Source: Camelus ferus (taxonomy: Eukaryota). From it: a stretch of 64,000 nucleotides of DNA. The stretch spans positions 84,260,001 through 84,324,000 of the forward strand of contig NC_045696.1 in the NCBI RefSeq assembly GCF_009834535.1, in the 5' to 3' direction. Below the pieces are notes generated by a model, which saw only the letters and a list, made by a program, of their open reading frames with translations, searched no databases and had not been told where the DNA came from. This document shows positions 61,166 through 64,000 of the stretch, piece after piece. The position numbers and the translations under genes were made by a program. How positions within the stretch are numbered: the stretch's first letter is position 1; each line of letters begins with the position of its first letter.

Positions 61166-62559
61166 GTAAGATTGGCTGTTAGGCTGCAGTGGCATATTGT
61201 GGGCTCACCTTGTCTATTAGTTTGTCTCTCAGCAGTTTACTAGGCAACTGACAATTATTTTTTGCTGTTACATAATTTAAACTTACTCATTTAAACTGTC
61301 CAGGACTTTTCTTCCAAAAGCAAAAAACAAGAGTAGTCATTATTCTTCTCAAAAACATGAATTACAGTCTGAGTTATTTTCTCTAACAATGTGTTAGGGA
61401 ACAATATTTTTAAAATGTAGCTCAGGATATGGCATATATTTTAAACAATCCTTATAAAATCATACTCAGTTTCACTACACCTTCAGGAAACAGTGTGTTT
61501 ACACCAGGCTTGGCACACTCCTCTACCCGATTTGTATTCTGCTAGAATACAACCATATGATTGCTACTCGCTGCTATGGTTAAGACACACCTGCTCTAAA
61601 CCTAACGCTTAGTGTGTTGACCCTGGGATCTTGATTTCAGTTCATTAACTCTATTCTTTAACCAGAATAATTGCAAGATTTTCTATAGGATAGCTTGTTT
61701 GACGTGTTGAATGTTCATTGCAATATTATCCTAGTGAGTGTGTGCAGAAAACTGTGACATCATTAACATCAGTAGTATTGTCAGATCATTATTGTTATCC
61801 TAAAATACCTGCTAAAGTAGGCTTGCTTTGTGCTGAATCCCATACGAAGTTGCAGTAGGTGACTGATGAATTAAGGCAATTCAACACAAATGTGTTCAGT
61901 ACGTTGACCCCATGCTGGGCCCTGGGCCGTATGTCATGTCCTCTGATCTTCAGGAACTCACTGTTTAGGAGAAACACTTGACAAAGGGGACTATTTGCCT
62001 TTGTCTGAAAGCCATCTTCAAGCCAGAAATTTAATTACAGATGATTTGTCCAAATATGTAAGATTTACATGTCTCTCTTGCCCTAAATCCTGTGATTAAA
62101 ACTACTTGGCTAGCTTCTATTAGATTCTCTCTATATGCATTTATGTTGAGAATCTGTCAGATGTAAAACTTTGGTTTTTTTTTTTCAGTAGAAAATCCAT
62201 TCATTTATGGTAAATGTTTTTTGGCTCTGTAATTAGATACTTATTCTCACATCAAAGTCTAGGGCAGCTTTAAAAATTCTGGTTGCTTTCTTCTGAGGCA
62301 GTCAAAGGAACTGTTTTAAGTCACTGTGTATTGACAAAAAATTCACATGCACGCTATGAGAAATTTGTTACTAAAACAAATCTTTATAGGTAAGTAGTCA
62401 AACACCTATAAGTATTGATTTGGAGTGATCAGTTAAAGTCAATAATTTACTATAAAAAACTATAAAAAATATTATAGGAGCACCTACTAGAGGCCAGGGA
62501 CTGGTGATAATAAAATAAGCCATCTTCCCTGAAGCCCGGGAACTTGAGTTTAGTTCAGA

Positions 62560-62745
62560 GGCTTCTGGAATGTCTGTGTGAATATAATCAACTGGGAAGC
62601 CTGCTGCAATGTGGATTTCTCAGCCTCACTCTTAGAGATTCTGATCCATTAAGGCTGAGATAAGGTCCAGGAATTTGCATTTATTTTATCAACAATTCCA
62701 CGTTATGCTCGTGTAGATAGTTTAAAAATCATCCTTTGAGAAAAC
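62560..62745. mobile_element. MER5-like DNA transposon
   Basis: 'agagattctgatccattaaggctgagataaggtccaggaatttgcattt...ctttgagaaaact'. Confidence 0.7.
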
Positions 62746-64000
62746 TGCTGTATAGACATGTAGATACATAAATTACACCATATGTAATAAAAGTCTTATG
62801 AAAGGACTGTGAGTAACAAACTTCTGGAACCTGATAGACAATAATAGTACACATGATCAGTTGTAACACAGGGAGTTGCACGTGCAGTCTTTTAGGAATG
62901 GAGATGATAAAATAATTGCTTTGCCATTGAAACATGTAGATATTCAAGCTGTTAAAGACTAGGTGATATTTCAGCCAGATCTTAAAGAATTATTAAGACC
63001 AGTCAGAGGTGGAGGGAGATGATTTTCTGGACAGAGGTAGTAGCCCGAAATAAAAATTAAATTTTCCTGGTTATGCCACAAGTTAATAGAAATCTTATAT
63101 TCTGAACTAATGCCAGGATATATTTCTATAAGATTTTTAAGTTTGTGAGTGGAAAACATGATAGCTATGAAATACATGTGTGTTTAGCATCAAGTCCGTT
63201 GATTCTCCCCTCGCTGCAAAATCTACTGCTCCTCCACCCCAATTTCTTATCTCTGTAATCTGAGAAAATTATAGATTAACACTGATAACAGTTACACTAT
63301 AAATATAAGAAAAGGAATTGTCCTTGGTATTAGCTCAAGAATATGTGCTCTGATTACTAGTAAGGCCAGCCAAATATTGGGGATATAGCGTAGAAGAGTG
63401 CTTTGGGTTATATTAATGGGCATAAGAATGCAGATAAAGATATAAAAAATATGAGTAGTCTTTAATACAATAATTGTTATTACTGTTCTAAATAAAACAT
63501 TAGAATTGGATGAAACACAAGCAGAGCAACATGTTTCTTGCGTAGTGTTTCAGTGACATTTCTGATCAAAGGACTCAATGTTTTTTCCCTGAATAAAGAT
63601 TGCAGAACAGTTTTCTCTTTTGACAGTCTTCCTCCACTGTGTAAATTACTGAGAATTTATACATTAAAAAATGTGTTCTCTAAGAGTTCGGAAGCATATG
63701 TGGAAATTTTATTTACATTGCCTGCGATGGTATAAGTTACTCCAAAAGGAGTTTCTTCTGTTTATAATCTACAAACTGGAATTAAAAAAAAAATTATGGA
63801 ATGATCCCTTTAGTCGTGGCATTTTTTATTACTGCCCATCTTAACTATGTCTCAAATCTTAACCCTAGCAATACTGTTAATAAGCTTATACTGGGACACG
63901 TTAGAGGAAATGACTTACTCACATAAATGAACAAAATAAGTAAAACCAAGGACCAAATTGAAGCCTCTCTTTCTGTGTTTTAAGGACTTAAATTACAGTT

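Overview
Eukaryotic (mammalian) genomic DNA, AT-rich and dense in interspersed repeats. Two tRNA-derived SINEs of the camelid (Vic-1-like) type and artiodactyl-type L1 3' ends suggest a camelid genome (inference). The window lies entirely inside one + strand gene, ZBBX (zinc finger B-box domain containing; cilia/testis-associated). I traced 11 consecutive internal coding exons from 6390 to 61165. All have GT-AG boundaries, and they splice into one open frame of 1561 nt (520 codons + 1 nt) with no stops or frameshifts. The start and stop codons are outside the window. Introns contain L2, MIR, MER5/MER58 DNA transposons, ERVL/MaLR LTRs, a decayed ERVL provirus, many L1 fragments including a 4.6 kb sense-oriented L1, a C-rich 23-bp minisatellite and microsatellites. 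I found no new multi-gene system, CRISPR array or RNA gene. The observations worth checking are smaller: a polyadenylated, apparently L1-retroposed MaLR LTR; a locally copied LTR fragment; a VNTR born inside an L2 reverse-transcriptase remnant; a CTCF-like motif and recursive-splice-like junction in the B-box exon; and several splice-site oddities. Repeat subfamily names and boundaries are by eye from recalled consensus sequences and are approximate. Human ZBBX comparisons are from memory.
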